Shown: piece after piece, positions 54,704 through 63,485 of the stretch
Layout: each line of letters opens with the position of its first letter
How positions within the stretch are numbered: position 1 is the stretch's first letter
Source of the DNA: an uncultured bacterium
GTDB taxonomy: Bacteria > Eisenbacteria > RBG-16-71-46 > CAZAMP01
DNA: 64,000 nt
Assembly: GCA_964486455.1 (NCBI GenBank)
Contig: CAZAMP010000002.1
Span: 118,722 to 182,721 of the forward strand
Reading direction: 5' to 3'
The notes under the pieces: model-generated
The model's input: the letters and a program-made list of their open reading frames with translations, nothing else
Databases searched by the model: none
Told to the model about the DNA's origin: nothing
Position numbers and translations under genes: made by a program

Positions 54704-55686
54704 AACGCCTGCTGATTGCCACACTGCTCCTGATCGTTCTGACGGCCGCCGTCGGCGGCCTGGTCGCCCGCCGCGCGCTTTCGCCCGCCGCTCCGGAAGG
54801 GACGCCGGTCTGGTTTCACGTCACGTCCGGCGAAACGCTTCGTGACGTCGCGCGCGAGCTCAAGTCGCGTGGTGTCATTCGAAGCGCGGACGCGTTCGTC
54901 TGGTTCGGCAGGCTCGCGGGGGTTTCCCATCGTATTCAGGCGGGCCGCTATCTCTTGAGTCCGGCGGACTCCGCGCCGGCGCTTCTCGGTCGGTTCGTGC
55001 GCGGTGAGACCGCGCCCTATCGGGTGACGGTTCGCGAAGGAATCTGGCTGACGGAACTCGCGGCGCTACTCGCCGATTCCCTTCCCGTCGATTCCGCGGC
55101 GGTGATCGCGGCGGCTGGTGACGGGCGGCTTCTCGACCGATACGGCATCGAAGCGGAAAACGGGGAAGGATACCTGTTCCCGGCAACCTATGAGTTCAGC
55201 GGACGCGAGGACGCCCATGAAGCGCTCGCGAAGCTCATGGAGTCTGCGCGGGACATACGTGATGACGGCAGGCGCGGTGCCGCGGACTCGCTGGGTCTTG
55301 GGTGGCACGATGTGCTCACCCTTGCGAGCATCATCGAGGCGGAGACCGCGCGCGACGACGAGCGGAACAAGGTCAGTGCGGTGTATCATCGACGTCTTCG
55401 GCGCGGCATGAAGCTTCAGGCTGATCCGACCATTGTCTATGCCTTTGGTGCGAGAGGCCGGTCGCTGACGTACGCGGATCTCGAGCTGGATTCGCCGTAC
55501 AATACCTACAGGCACAGGGGACTACCGCCGGGACCGATCGGGAATCCGGGGCTCGCGGCCATTGATGCCGCGCTTCATCCCGATTCGGCCTGCACGGCGC
55601 TCTACTTCTTTGCGACCGATGGCGGAACTCACGTTTTCTCCGAGACGTTTCAGGAGCACACGGCCGGGCTGAGGAAGAGGCGGTGA
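54700..55686 (+). CDS. mltG: endolytic murein transglycosylase MltG (YceG-like)
   Basis: N-terminal TM. LASIIEAE.....ER..VS.VY..RL...M.LQ.DPT..YA, YNTY...GLPPGPI.NPG..AI.AAL.P......YF. GTG start overlaps the ruvX stop. Confidence 0.9.
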   Translation: MKRLLIATLLLIVLTAAVGGLVARRALSPAAPEGTPVWFHVTSGETLRDVARELKSRGVIRSADAFVWFGRLAGVSHRIQAGRYLLSPADSAPALLGRFVRGETAPYRVTVREGIWLTELAALLADSLPVDSAAVIAAAGDGRLLDRYGIEAENGEGYLFPATYEFSGREDAHEALAKLMESARDIRDDGRRGAADSLGLGWHDVLTLASIIEAETARDDERNKVSAVYHRRLRRGMKLQADPTIVYAFGARGRSLTYADLELDSPYNTYRHRGLPPGPIGNPGLAAIDAALHPDSACTALYFFATDGGTHVFSETFQEHTAGLRKRR

Positions 55687-56543
55687 ACGTGGACATCATG
55701 TTGAATGAGTCCGAGGCGGCCGCCGCGGAGGAGAAGCTGCGGGCGCTCGAGTCGATGTTGGGTGGGCTCGCCCCCGTCGTCGTGGCGTTTTCTGGCGGGG
55801 TCGATTCGTGCTTTCTCCTCGCGACCGCGGCCCGCGTCATCGGTCACCGGGCGACCGCCGTGATCGGCGTTTCTCCTAGTCTCGCCGGTTCAGAGCTAAG
55901 AGAGGCGCGCGACCTTGCGAGTCGTTTCGATGTTGAGCTTAGAGAGGTGGAGACGCACGAGCTGAGCGTTCCGGAGTACGTACGCAACGAGCCGGATCGC
56001 TGCTACTTCTGCAAGCAGGAGCTATTCCGTCGCATCAGCGACGCGACCCGAGATATCGAGGGTCGTGTCATCATTGAGGGCACGAACGCGTCCGATGAGT
56101 CCGATGACCGTCCCGGGATGCGCGCCTGTGCGGAGATGGCGGTCAAGAGCCCGCTACTCGACGCGCGGTTGACGAAGCGCGAGATTCGCTGGCTGTCGCG
56201 GAAGATGGATCTTCCCACGTGGGAGAAGCCCGAAGCCGCGTGCCTGGCGTCTCGAATTCCAACGGGCAGCTTCGTATCGCGCGAGTTGCTCGAGAGACTC
56301 GACGAGGCGGAAGCTAATCTTCGGGACGTCGGACTCCGGGAGTTTCGGGTGCGTCACATGGGGACGGTGGCCCGGATCGAGACCGCGCAGGCGGAGATGC
56401 AGCTGGCACTGGATCGACGGGACGAGATCGTTGCCCGGCTCAGGCGGTTGGGATACGATTATGTGACATTGGATTTGGCCGGCTACAAGAAGGGGGGGAG
56501 GGCCCAAACCCATGGCAAAGGCGCAGACCCAGACGGCGGATAA
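55683..56543 (+). CDS. larE: PP-loop ATP pyrophosphatase of the LarE/TIGR00268 type (ATP-dependent sulfur transferase-like)
   Basis: VVAFSGGVDSCFLL (SGGxDS PP-loop), NEPDRCYFCK, EGTNASD..DDRPG.RA. GTG start overlaps the mltG stop. Confidence 0.8.
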   Translation: MNVDIMLNESEAAAAEEKLRALESMLGGLAPVVVAFSGGVDSCFLLATAARVIGHRATAVIGVSPSLAGSELREARDLASRFDVELREVETHELSVPEYVRNEPDRCYFCKQELFRRISDATRDIEGRVIIEGTNASDESDDRPGMRACAEMAVKSPLLDARLTKREIRWLSRKMDLPTWEKPEAACLASRIPTGSFVSRELLERLDEAEANLRDVGLREFRVRHMGTVARIETAQAEMQLALDRRDEIVARLRRLGYDYVTLDLAGYKKGGRAQTHGKGADPDGG

Positions 56544-56775
56544 GGCGCGCTCGCGAGAGGTGGCGAGGTCAAAGCCCACCACCAAGCTCGCGCCGGGCCA
56601 CGATGTCATCCAGGGACCGCAGTTCACTCGAAAGAATTATCTCCTTTTGGGTGTTGCCATTGCGACGATCGCGCTGGGATTCATCACGCTGGCGCGGGGG
56701 TCGATGACACTCGCCCCGGCACTCATCGTCGCCGGCTACCTGGTCCTCGTTCCGTTGGCTATCCTAAAACGATAG
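56512..56775 (+). CDS. small two-TM membrane protein (DUF3098-like)
   Basis: F.RKNYLLLGVAIATIALGFITLA....TLAPALIVAGYLVLVPLAIL resembles the DUF3098 pattern recalled from FCB-group genomes. It overlaps the larE-like 3' end by 32 nt. Confidence 0.6.
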   Translation: MAKAQTQTADKARSREVARSKPTTKLAPGHDVIQGPQFTRKNYLLLGVAIATIALGFITLARGSMTLAPALIVAGYLVLVPLAILKR

Positions 56776-56795
56776 AATAGGTTAACTGAATGGTC

Positions 56796-56872
56796 GGGCG
56801 AATAGCTCAGCTGGTTAGAGCGCTTGCCTTACAAGCAAGAGGTCACAGGTTCGAGCCCTGTTTCGCCCACCA
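56796..56872 (+). tRNA. tRNA-Val (anticodon TAC), CCA encoded
   Basis: GGGCGAA-TA-GCTC-AGCTGGTTA-GAGC-G-CTTGC-CTTACAA-GCAAG-AGGTC-ACAGG-TTCGAGC-CCTGT-TTCGCCC-A-CCA (77 nt). Confidence 0.9.
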
Positions 56873-56930
56873 ACTGAGAGGCCGCAGGCAGCCCTCAAGA
56901 AACCGTGCCAACCCTCAGATTTTTGAGGGG

Positions 56931-56959
56931 TTGTGCCGTGTTACTCGTGTTGCTATACT
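56931..56959 (+). promoter_or_regulatory. candidate sigma70-type promoter for the dockerin-like protein gene
   Basis: TTGTGC (56931-56936), 17-nt spacer, TATACT (56954-56959). It would give a leader of about 130 nt. Confidence 0.35.
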
Positions 56960-57096
56960 ACGTTACGAGATTTGGGTCACGGCTTGTGAGGAAGGAAGGA
57001 GGTTGGGGGTCCGATAGATTTGGAGGCATCTGAGTTAACCTTTGCCTTTTTTGTCTATGGGTCTTCAGCAACGTTGAAGGCTTAGGAGGTGCATCG

Positions 57097-57714
57097 ATGA
57101 AGCGCTTTATACTCGTCTTGGCCGCGATCATGATTCCGGCCGCGGCGATGGCTAACATTCCGCATGCAGGAAACAGCACGACTCCGGATGGCGTCGGTGT
57201 TTGCCCGGGTAGTGACTATCTGCTCACGGTCATTGTTCACGATCAGAACGACAACGTCATGCCGAACACGCCCGTTCGCGTGATCTTCAGTGACGTTTGT
57301 GATGGACTCATCAACTGGTGCACGGGCCAGGACCATCCGGTCATCGAGATGAACACGAATGGTAGCGGCGTGGCGGTCTTCGGCATTGACGCCGGTGGCT
57401 GCTGCATGGACGGGTTCCCCGCTCCGTGTGACAATGACGCTGGTGGCATTGGTACGGTCGTCATCGAGGCGGATCCCGCCGCGGTCGTGCTGAGCAGCTA
57501 TGAGCACGTTGCTTCTCCTGACATGCATTCCGATGCCGGCGGCGGCAATCCGTGGGGTGCCGGGGACAAGGACGTCGACCTGAACGACTTCGTCCGCTTC
57601 TCCTCGATCTTCCTCACGCTTTGCGGCTGCGGCGACCTGCAGGGTGGTGACGGCGATGTCGACCTCAACGACTTCGTTTCGTTCACCGCGCACTTCCTGC
57701 ACAGCTGCATCTAG
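57097..57714 (+). CDS. small secreted Cys-rich protein with a C-terminal dockerin-like repeat pair
   Basis: Signal peptide MKRFILVLAAIMIPAAAMA; RBS AGGAGG. Two Ca-binding-type repeats: GDKDVDLNDFVRFSSIFL and GDGDVDLNDFVSFTAHFL. 11 Cys residues. Confidence 0.7.
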   Translation: MKRFILVLAAIMIPAAAMANIPHAGNSTTPDGVGVCPGSDYLLTVIVHDQNDNVMPNTPVRVIFSDVCDGLINWCTGQDHPVIEMNTNGSGVAVFGIDAGGCCMDGFPAPCDNDAGGIGTVVIEADPAAVVLSSYEHVASPDMHSDAGGGNPWGAGDKDVDLNDFVRFSSIFLTLCGCGDLQGGDGDVDLNDFVSFTAHFLHSCI

Positions 57715-57729
57715 AGTTCGAGCTTCGTG

Positions 57730-57758
57730 GCCCCCGCTTCACGGCGGGGGCTTTTTTT
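57730..57758 (+). terminator. rho-independent terminator
   Basis: GCCCCCGC-TTCACG-GCGGGGGC followed by TTTTTTT, 16 nt after the stop codon. Confidence 0.8.
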
Positions 57759-57890
57759 GCCGCCAATTAGGACTTGCTCCCCTCCGTAGGTTCTGATAAT
57801 CGTCAATCAACGTCACGGGGTTAGAATCACGAAGAACAAGGCTCACCCCTCACGCGGGGAGTGCGGTGTTCTGGGTTGAGGAGGAGAGAC

Positions 57891-58631
57891 ATGGATCGAA
57901 TTGGTAAGGGGGTGCTGGGTCTGGCGGTCGTGCTTCTGATTGCCGCGCCGGCGGGCGCCGACGACATTCAGGCCGACTACGGATTTGTCATCCACACGAC
58001 CGCGGCCGGCTACGGCGGATGCGGCACGGTCGAAGACGCCGACATTAATGAGTGTGCTGACATAGACGCGGTCGGCGGCGGGCTCAATGACAACTGGTTC
58101 ATCTGGGTGTTCGCCTTCGGGTACAAGAGCGCGACGCGACCGGGCGGTGAGGGTGAAGATCCCATCCCGTGGCCGATCGACGCGGGCATCGGTGGAGCGC
58201 AGTTCGGTATCGACTACCACGGAACGGTTGATGTGGGCGGGTGGAGTCTCTGCACGGGCGGCCAGGAGATTCCACAGAACAATCTCGAGGGCCTCTGGCC
58301 GGCAAGCGGTACCGGGAACGCGGTGACATGGCCGGATGGCGGATATGACAGCCCGAGCACGGGCCAGTTCGCGAAGATCGGCTACTTTACCGTCAACCCG
58401 GGATCGACGGGACAGATGTGGATCACAGTGGATCCCAGGCTCGCCCAAACGTGGCCGCCCGATGGGGCCGCGCTCTTCAGTTCGGACGAGCCGCTCGACT
58501 ACGAGGTTCTGGAGGTCGGGTTCTCGATCGGCGACGTCGGTGGCGACCAGCCGGGGGCCGCGGACCGGTCCTGTGCCAAGGATGTCCCGATCATCGAGAC
58601 GAGCTGGGGGCAGCTCAAGTCCTACTACTAG
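57891..58631 (+). CDS. secreted hypothetical protein with C-terminal TSWGQLKSYY tail
   Basis: Signal peptide MDRIGKGVLGLAVVLLIAAPAGA; RBS GAGGAG lies before ATG 57891. No family motif recognised. The C-terminus is ...IIETSWGQLKSYY. Confidence 0.65.
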   Translation: MDRIGKGVLGLAVVLLIAAPAGADDIQADYGFVIHTTAAGYGGCGTVEDADINECADIDAVGGGLNDNWFIWVFAFGYKSATRPGGEGEDPIPWPIDAGIGGAQFGIDYHGTVDVGGWSLCTGGQEIPQNNLEGLWPASGTGNAVTWPDGGYDSPSTGQFAKIGYFTVNPGSTGQMWITVDPRLAQTWPPDGAALFSSDEPLDYEVLEVGFSIGDVGGDQPGAADRSCAKDVPIIETSWGQLKSYY

Positions 58632-58693
58632 CTTCTAGCCGAGCACGGCGACCGCGCCATCAGGCGTAACGTCGAGCCGGAGTAGTAAATTGA

Positions 58694-58720
58694 GGCGGCG
58701 CGCGATGCGCCGCCTTTTTT
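58694..58720 (+). terminator. rho-independent terminator
   Basis: GGCGGCGC-GCGAT-GCGCCGCC followed by TTTTTT. Confidence 0.8.
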
Positions 58721-58821
58721 GCGCCGTTTGGCCACCTCTGCTATCCTCCCCGGGTTCTGATCCAACCGGACTATTCGACGACGTCGCGTCCGCACGCCGG
58801 CGTGACGGGGGGTGCCTGCCG

Positions 58822-60564
58822 ATGCTGAAACGAGTACTGACTGCCGCAAGCGCCTGCGTCATGGGCCTGGTGGCGTGTGAAGGGCCGGGGGATGAAGTCG
58901 CGCTGCGATTCGACGGCGCCACGATGAGCCTGGCTGAGTTCGAGAAGGAACTCCGGCACAAAGGACCCACCATCAATGATTCCTCTGAACGAGACTCGCT
59001 CATCCTGGAGTTCGGGAACGGGCTTCTGGACAAGCTGGTGATGGCGAGGGAGGCGCGCACGAACGTACGCGGCGACGAGAAGCGTCTCGCGAGCGAAGCC
59101 CTCAAGGCCAGCCAAGAATCAGTATTGGAAGAGCACAGGGCACGGCTCTTCGAGGAGCTCGATTTCAGCGATGAACGAATGCAGGAGGTCTACACCTACC
59201 TCGGCCATAAGGTTCGGATCCGGCACATCCTCTGCGAAACCCGAGAGGAGGCGGAGGAGATCCACGGTCTCCTCGAGGGCGGTGCCGACTTCGTTGAGTT
59301 GGTGCGCGAGCGATCAAAGGATGCGTTTTCCGTCCAACAGGGTGGAGAACTCGACTGGTTCGGCTACGGTGATGTCGCCGGTCTGGATGATGCGGCCTAC
59401 GATCTGGAGGGCGGCGAGATCAGCGAGCCGGTATGGACCCGAAGGGGCTGGCACGTCGTTCGACTCGATGAGCGGCAGCCGCGCGATCGAACCGGGATTG
59501 ACTTGGACGAGGAGCTCTTCAAGACCCACTATGTCGACAAGCTGAAGCGGCAGCGATGGGAAGAGTTCTTGAGCATCATGTGGGATACCTACGAGCCCAC
59601 ATGGGACGATGAGACGCTCGAGCTCGCGCTCGTGCTGCATACCGACTACAGGGACCGCTACGCGGCGATGACGCAGGAACTCCAGGCGGTTCAGGACTCC
59701 GGCGGCCCGATCCCGGACTATGTGAGGACGTTTCCGCGAGGGCCCGAACCGACGGACGAGCAAGGCAAAGCGGTCATCATCACCGGGAACCACGGCTTCA
59801 CGTTCACTGTTGAAGAGGCGTCGACCGCGATGTGGGGTGAGTCGTTCAAGGATCGTCCCGACCCCTGGGTTCCCTCCTCCTACCGGAACTGGGTGCGCGA
59901 CACGGCAATGGAGTACGCGGCGGTGTTCGAGGCCCGGCGGCAATTCCCGAGCAAAGATCCGGAGATGGCGCGGGCCATCAGCGACGCGGAGGAGTTCACC
60001 TACGTCCAAGCGCTCTACGGGGCCGAGGTCCAGCGAAAGACGAGAGTGTCGGCCGATTCACTGCAGGCGTTCTTCGAGCGCCACAAGGACTTCTACAGCT
60101 GGCGCCCGCCCCTGGACCTGGCGGTCTTTCTGACGAAAGACGAGGGCGTCGGCCGGCAAATTGCCGCGGCCCTCGAGGAAGGGGCGACGGCCGAGGAGAT
60201 AGAGAAGCGCTTTGCGCACGACGAGTCGCTGGAGGTGAGGCCCCGGACCGGCCTCAAGTCTTCGTTTTCCGAACCGGAGGGTCTTTCGACGTTCGTTCGG
60301 GGGCTCGGGGACGAGTCGGGAGCGGTAGGGGGGCCGGAGGCCATTGCCGGCGCGTATTGGGTCGTCCGTATCGAAGAAGTCGGCCAGCCGAAACCCATGA
60401 CATTCGAAGAAGCTCACCAGTACGTGCTTCTCCATTGCGGCTCGCACCTGCGCGAGTTGCGCGCACGTGCATTTCTGGACAGCCTGAGGGAAGAGATGAG
60501 CGCGGAGCTCTACGACGACGTGATCCTGAAGGCGAGAATCGGCTCAGCCGAAGGAGGATCGTGA
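58822..60564 (+). CDS. lipoprotein peptidyl-prolyl isomerase (PpiC/parvulin type, SurA/PrsA-like)
   Basis: Lipobox MGLVAC. Parvulin domain: VRIRHILCETREEAEEI...GADF.ELV.ERS.D.....GGELDWF...D......AA..LE.GEISEPV.T..GWHVV.L. ATG 58822; the track start at 58690 covers the upstream terminator. Confidence 0.85.
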   Translation: MLKRVLTAASACVMGLVACEGPGDEVALRFDGATMSLAEFEKELRHKGPTINDSSERDSLILEFGNGLLDKLVMAREARTNVRGDEKRLASEALKASQESVLEEHRARLFEELDFSDERMQEVYTYLGHKVRIRHILCETREEAEEIHGLLEGGADFVELVRERSKDAFSVQQGGELDWFGYGDVAGLDDAAYDLEGGEISEPVWTRRGWHVVRLDERQPRDRTGIDLDEELFKTHYVDKLKRQRWEEFLSIMWDTYEPTWDDETLELALVLHTDYRDRYAAMTQELQAVQDSGGPIPDYVRTFPRGPEPTDEQGKAVIITGNHGFTFTVEEASTAMWGESFKDRPDPWVPSSYRNWVRDTAMEYAAVFEARRQFPSKDPEMARAISDAEEFTYVQALYGAEVQRKTRVSADSLQAFFERHKDFYSWRPPLDLAVFLTKDEGVGRQIAAALEEGATAEEIEKRFAHDESLEVRPRTGLKSSFSEPEGLSTFVRGLGDESGAVGGPEAIAGAYWVVRIEEVGQPKPMTFEEAHQYVLLHCGSHLRELRARAFLDSLREEMSAELYDDVILKARIGSAEGGS

Positions 60565-60566
60565 TC

Positions 60567-62261
60567 ATGTCCTCGCGTTCAATAGTGTCACTGCTACTCG
60601 TGGTCCTGGGAATGCTCGCCCCCGCGGTTGTGCGGGCGGATGATCTTCCGGAGGGCGTGCTTGTCGATGTGGCGGGTGAGACTATTACGGTCGGAGATCT
60701 CGCCCGAACCGCCGCTCCCACTGAGGAGAACGATGAGCACTCCCATGATCATCAGCAGGCCGAATCTCCGAAAGATAGAGACAAGGCCGAAGTTCTCGAC
60801 GAGCTCATCGAACGGAAGCTCCTGATGCTCGGCGCGCTGGATGTCTACGATGACGCGCGTGCCGTGCAAGACAGTGTCGAGAAGTTCGAGACGATCGGGC
60901 AGATCTGCAGGTCAGTCGCCAAAAGTCTCGAGCCGTCCATGATGGATCTCACCGATGACGTGTTGGCAGCGTTCAAGGAGGAGCGCAAGCACCTGCTGCG
61001 GGGACGTCATATCGTACTGCCCACCGAAGAAGATGTTGCCGAGGCGTTCAGGCGCCTCGAGGCGGGCGAGCCATTCGAGGATGTCGCGAAGGAGATGTCC
61101 GTCGACAATTCCACCCGCGCGGCCGGCGGGCGATTCTGGCCGTTTCGCAAGGGCAAGTCGTTCGCGAAGCTCGAAGAGCTCATCGGCGGGCTCGAGCTCG
61201 GCACGTGGGGAGGGCCGATCCACACCCGCATGGGCTACCATATCGCGCTGTGTGAAAGCGTCGAGGTCAGACCCGAGCCGGATGCCTACCTGACAAACGA
61301 GCGGCTGGTCGAGTTCATCACGATTAGGGAAGTGCTCGATCGGGAGGACGCGTGGCTGATCGATCGCGCCGCGGAGCACGGGATCGTAGTGTCGGATGAG
61401 ACCGTCGATCTCGTCCACAAACACCTCAGACCGTCGCCCGGACGCCTGCCTCCGCACTGGACGGAGACGTGGACGCCGACGGACGATCCGATCTGTGTGG
61501 CGTCGTCCGGCGAGACCCTGACCGTCGCGGACTTCCTGGCCTTCATGGCGGCCCCCGAGATTCGTGCGTGGCCTCAACCACGAAACCGCCACAGCATCGC
61601 AACGGCGGCGCGGCGGATCGCGGTTGCGAGCATCCTGGCGAACAGATATGCGGAGGGCGACTATCCGCTCGGCGATGATGAGAAGGCCGAGATCCGCGAA
61701 CACATCGAGCGAGATCTCATCGCCATGATTACCAGGCGACGGATCGAGGCGGCGGAGATCGATTCGATGAGCGCGGTGCAGGCTTTCAAAGCCAACCCGA
61801 AGGAATTCCGCTGGCCCGAACAGGCCCAGCTTGCGGCGGTTCTCACACGCAACCGCGAGGCGATAGACGAGCTCATAGCCCTCCTGGAGGGCGGGGCCAC
61901 GTTCGACGAAGCGGCGATCCGTGCCCAGGAGATCGATTCGGACCTGGTCTATGCGCCCTACACGCCCCTCTATCCGAAGGGTTCGTTCAAGGATACCGAC
62001 GAGATGGTCTTCGCGATGGAGCCGGGAGAGCACACGGATGTCATCGAGACGGGCGGAGGGACCCACTTCGCCGTCTACAAGCTCCTCGACAAGCGGCCGC
62101 CACGGCCGATGCGGATCGGAGAGATCAGTCACGAGGAGCTGCTCCAGCGAGTGTCGGCCATGGTTCACGTCGATAGGCGAAAAGAACTCCTGGAGGAGCT
62201 TCGGGGCAAGTTCGCCGTGCGCCGTGACGAACGCCAGATCGCGGAAGCCTTGGGGTCTTAA
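60567..62261 (+). CDS. secreted peptidyl-prolyl isomerase (PpiC/parvulin type, SurA-like), paralogue of the preceding gene
   Basis: Signal peptide MSSRSIVSLLLVVLGMLAPAVVRA. Parvulin domain: LRGRHIVLPTEEDVAEAF..LEAGEPFEDVAKEMS.D..........W.F......KLEE....LE.G.W.GPI.T..GYHI. RBS AGGAGG. Confidence 0.85.
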   Translation: MSSRSIVSLLLVVLGMLAPAVVRADDLPEGVLVDVAGETITVGDLARTAAPTEENDEHSHDHQQAESPKDRDKAEVLDELIERKLLMLGALDVYDDARAVQDSVEKFETIGQICRSVAKSLEPSMMDLTDDVLAAFKEERKHLLRGRHIVLPTEEDVAEAFRRLEAGEPFEDVAKEMSVDNSTRAAGGRFWPFRKGKSFAKLEELIGGLELGTWGGPIHTRMGYHIALCESVEVRPEPDAYLTNERLVEFITIREVLDREDAWLIDRAAEHGIVVSDETVDLVHKHLRPSPGRLPPHWTETWTPTDDPICVASSGETLTVADFLAFMAAPEIRAWPQPRNRHSIATAARRIAVASILANRYAEGDYPLGDDEKAEIREHIERDLIAMITRRRIEAAEIDSMSAVQAFKANPKEFRWPEQAQLAAVLTRNREAIDELIALLEGGATFDEAAIRAQEIDSDLVYAPYTPLYPKGSFKDTDEMVFAMEPGEHTDVIETGGGTHFAVYKLLDKRPPRPMRIGEISHEELLQRVSAMVHVDRRKELLEELRGKFAVRRDERQIAEALGS

Positions 62262-62275
62262 GCCGGGACGATGAT

Positions 62276-63349
62276 GTGAAACGAACAACCGCAAGCTCTC
62301 TGCTCGTGCTGGTCGTCGTGCTCCTCGCGTGTTCGCGCGGGGATAAGCCTCTGGCGACGTTTGGAACGGATTCACTCACTCCAACGGAGTATATCGAGGA
62401 GCTCGATTTCTTCCTGGAGGAGACGCAGACCCTCGCGGACGTGGGGGTAACGCCGGAGGCGTTCCTCGATCGCGCCGTGAGGTTTCGCATTCTATCGAGC
62501 GCGGCGGAGAGGAGCACTCCGCGTCTCGGTCCACGCGATACCGCTCGCCTGGCCGCCTATCGTGAGCGATTGTTGCAGCAGGCCATGGTTGAGGAGGCGT
62601 TCGCGGACGGGCCGCCGGTGGAGGCCGGGTCCGAGGAGTACCGCCGCCGATTGTCGTTGTTTGAAGAAGATCTGCTTCGCACGGCATCGTTCGCGCCGGA
62701 TACGAGCCTGCACGAGCTGATGGCCCTGCGGCTCGGGGCATTTAGAGATAGTGTCGTGAGGGAGGGCGTCGATCTGAGGAGCGCAGGTGCTCCGCGTTTC
62801 TCGGGGGAGCTCGAGGCGCGAGTCCTGTTTCAGGTCATGGGATCCGGCTTCCCGCTCGGGGTCTTGGTGGCGGAACTCTCAGCTTCCGGAATGCTGTGGA
62901 TGCCCCAGGTCTGGACGTCCGAGACCGCTCTAGCACTGTCGCGACGCCGCGCGCTTTCGGCCATCCTAGACGAGATTTCGCGACAGAAGGGCTACATGGA
63001 GCGGCCGGATATCCGAGCGCGCGTGGTGCGAAAGCGCCGAGAGCTGACCGTGAACACGTTGTTGCGTGAGCTCTGGCGCGGTTCTGAGCCCACCGAGGAG
63101 GATCTGACCGAGCTTCGTGTCGCGCCCGATGGGACCGTCAGGGATTCGGTCGCAGTTCGACAGCTGGCAGATCAGCTGGTTCGCCAGCGACAGGCCCAGC
63201 GCCTGGACGAGTACATCAATCAGCTTTCTGCCCAGATGGATGTTCAGTTTTTCCCCGAGCGGCTCGATGATGCCATCGCGCGTTTCGAGGCGATGCGCCG
63301 CGAGCGCGCGGCCGGCGGGCCGGTCGACCTCTCCGCGCGGGGAGGATGA
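62276..63349 (+). CDS. lipoprotein, SurA-N-terminal-like chaperone paralogue without a recognisable parvulin domain
   Basis: GTG start. Lipobox VVLLAC. Helical Glu/Arg/Leu-rich composition and size resemble the non-PPIase parts of the two upstream genes. The similarity was judged by eye only. Confidence 0.5.
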   Translation: MKRTTASSLLVLVVVLLACSRGDKPLATFGTDSLTPTEYIEELDFFLEETQTLADVGVTPEAFLDRAVRFRILSSAAERSTPRLGPRDTARLAAYRERLLQQAMVEEAFADGPPVEAGSEEYRRRLSLFEEDLLRTASFAPDTSLHELMALRLGAFRDSVVREGVDLRSAGAPRFSGELEARVLFQVMGSGFPLGVLVAELSASGMLWMPQVWTSETALALSRRRALSAILDEISRQKGYMERPDIRARVVRKRRELTVNTLLRELWRGSEPTEEDLTELRVAPDGTVRDSVAVRQLADQLVRQRQAQRLDEYINQLSAQMDVQFFPERLDDAIARFEAMRRERAAGGPVDLSARGG

Positions 63350-63395
63350 TTTCGGCTGGGACTCGGGCGATCTCGACATCTGGAACCTGACCAAT

Positions 63396-63432
63396 CCGGC
63401 TTTGTATTAACATAGTCACTGAGCAAAGCCGG
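63396..63432 (+). terminator. hairpin after the chaperone gene array (no T-tract)
   Basis: CCGGCTTTG (63396-63404) pairs with CAAAGCCGG (63424-63432): a perfect 9-bp stem with an AT-rich 19-nt loop. Confidence 0.4.
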
Positions 63433-63485
63433 GCATCGAGTCCCCCTCAGTCTGCACCGATCCCTTCGGCGGGTTAGGAGTCAAT

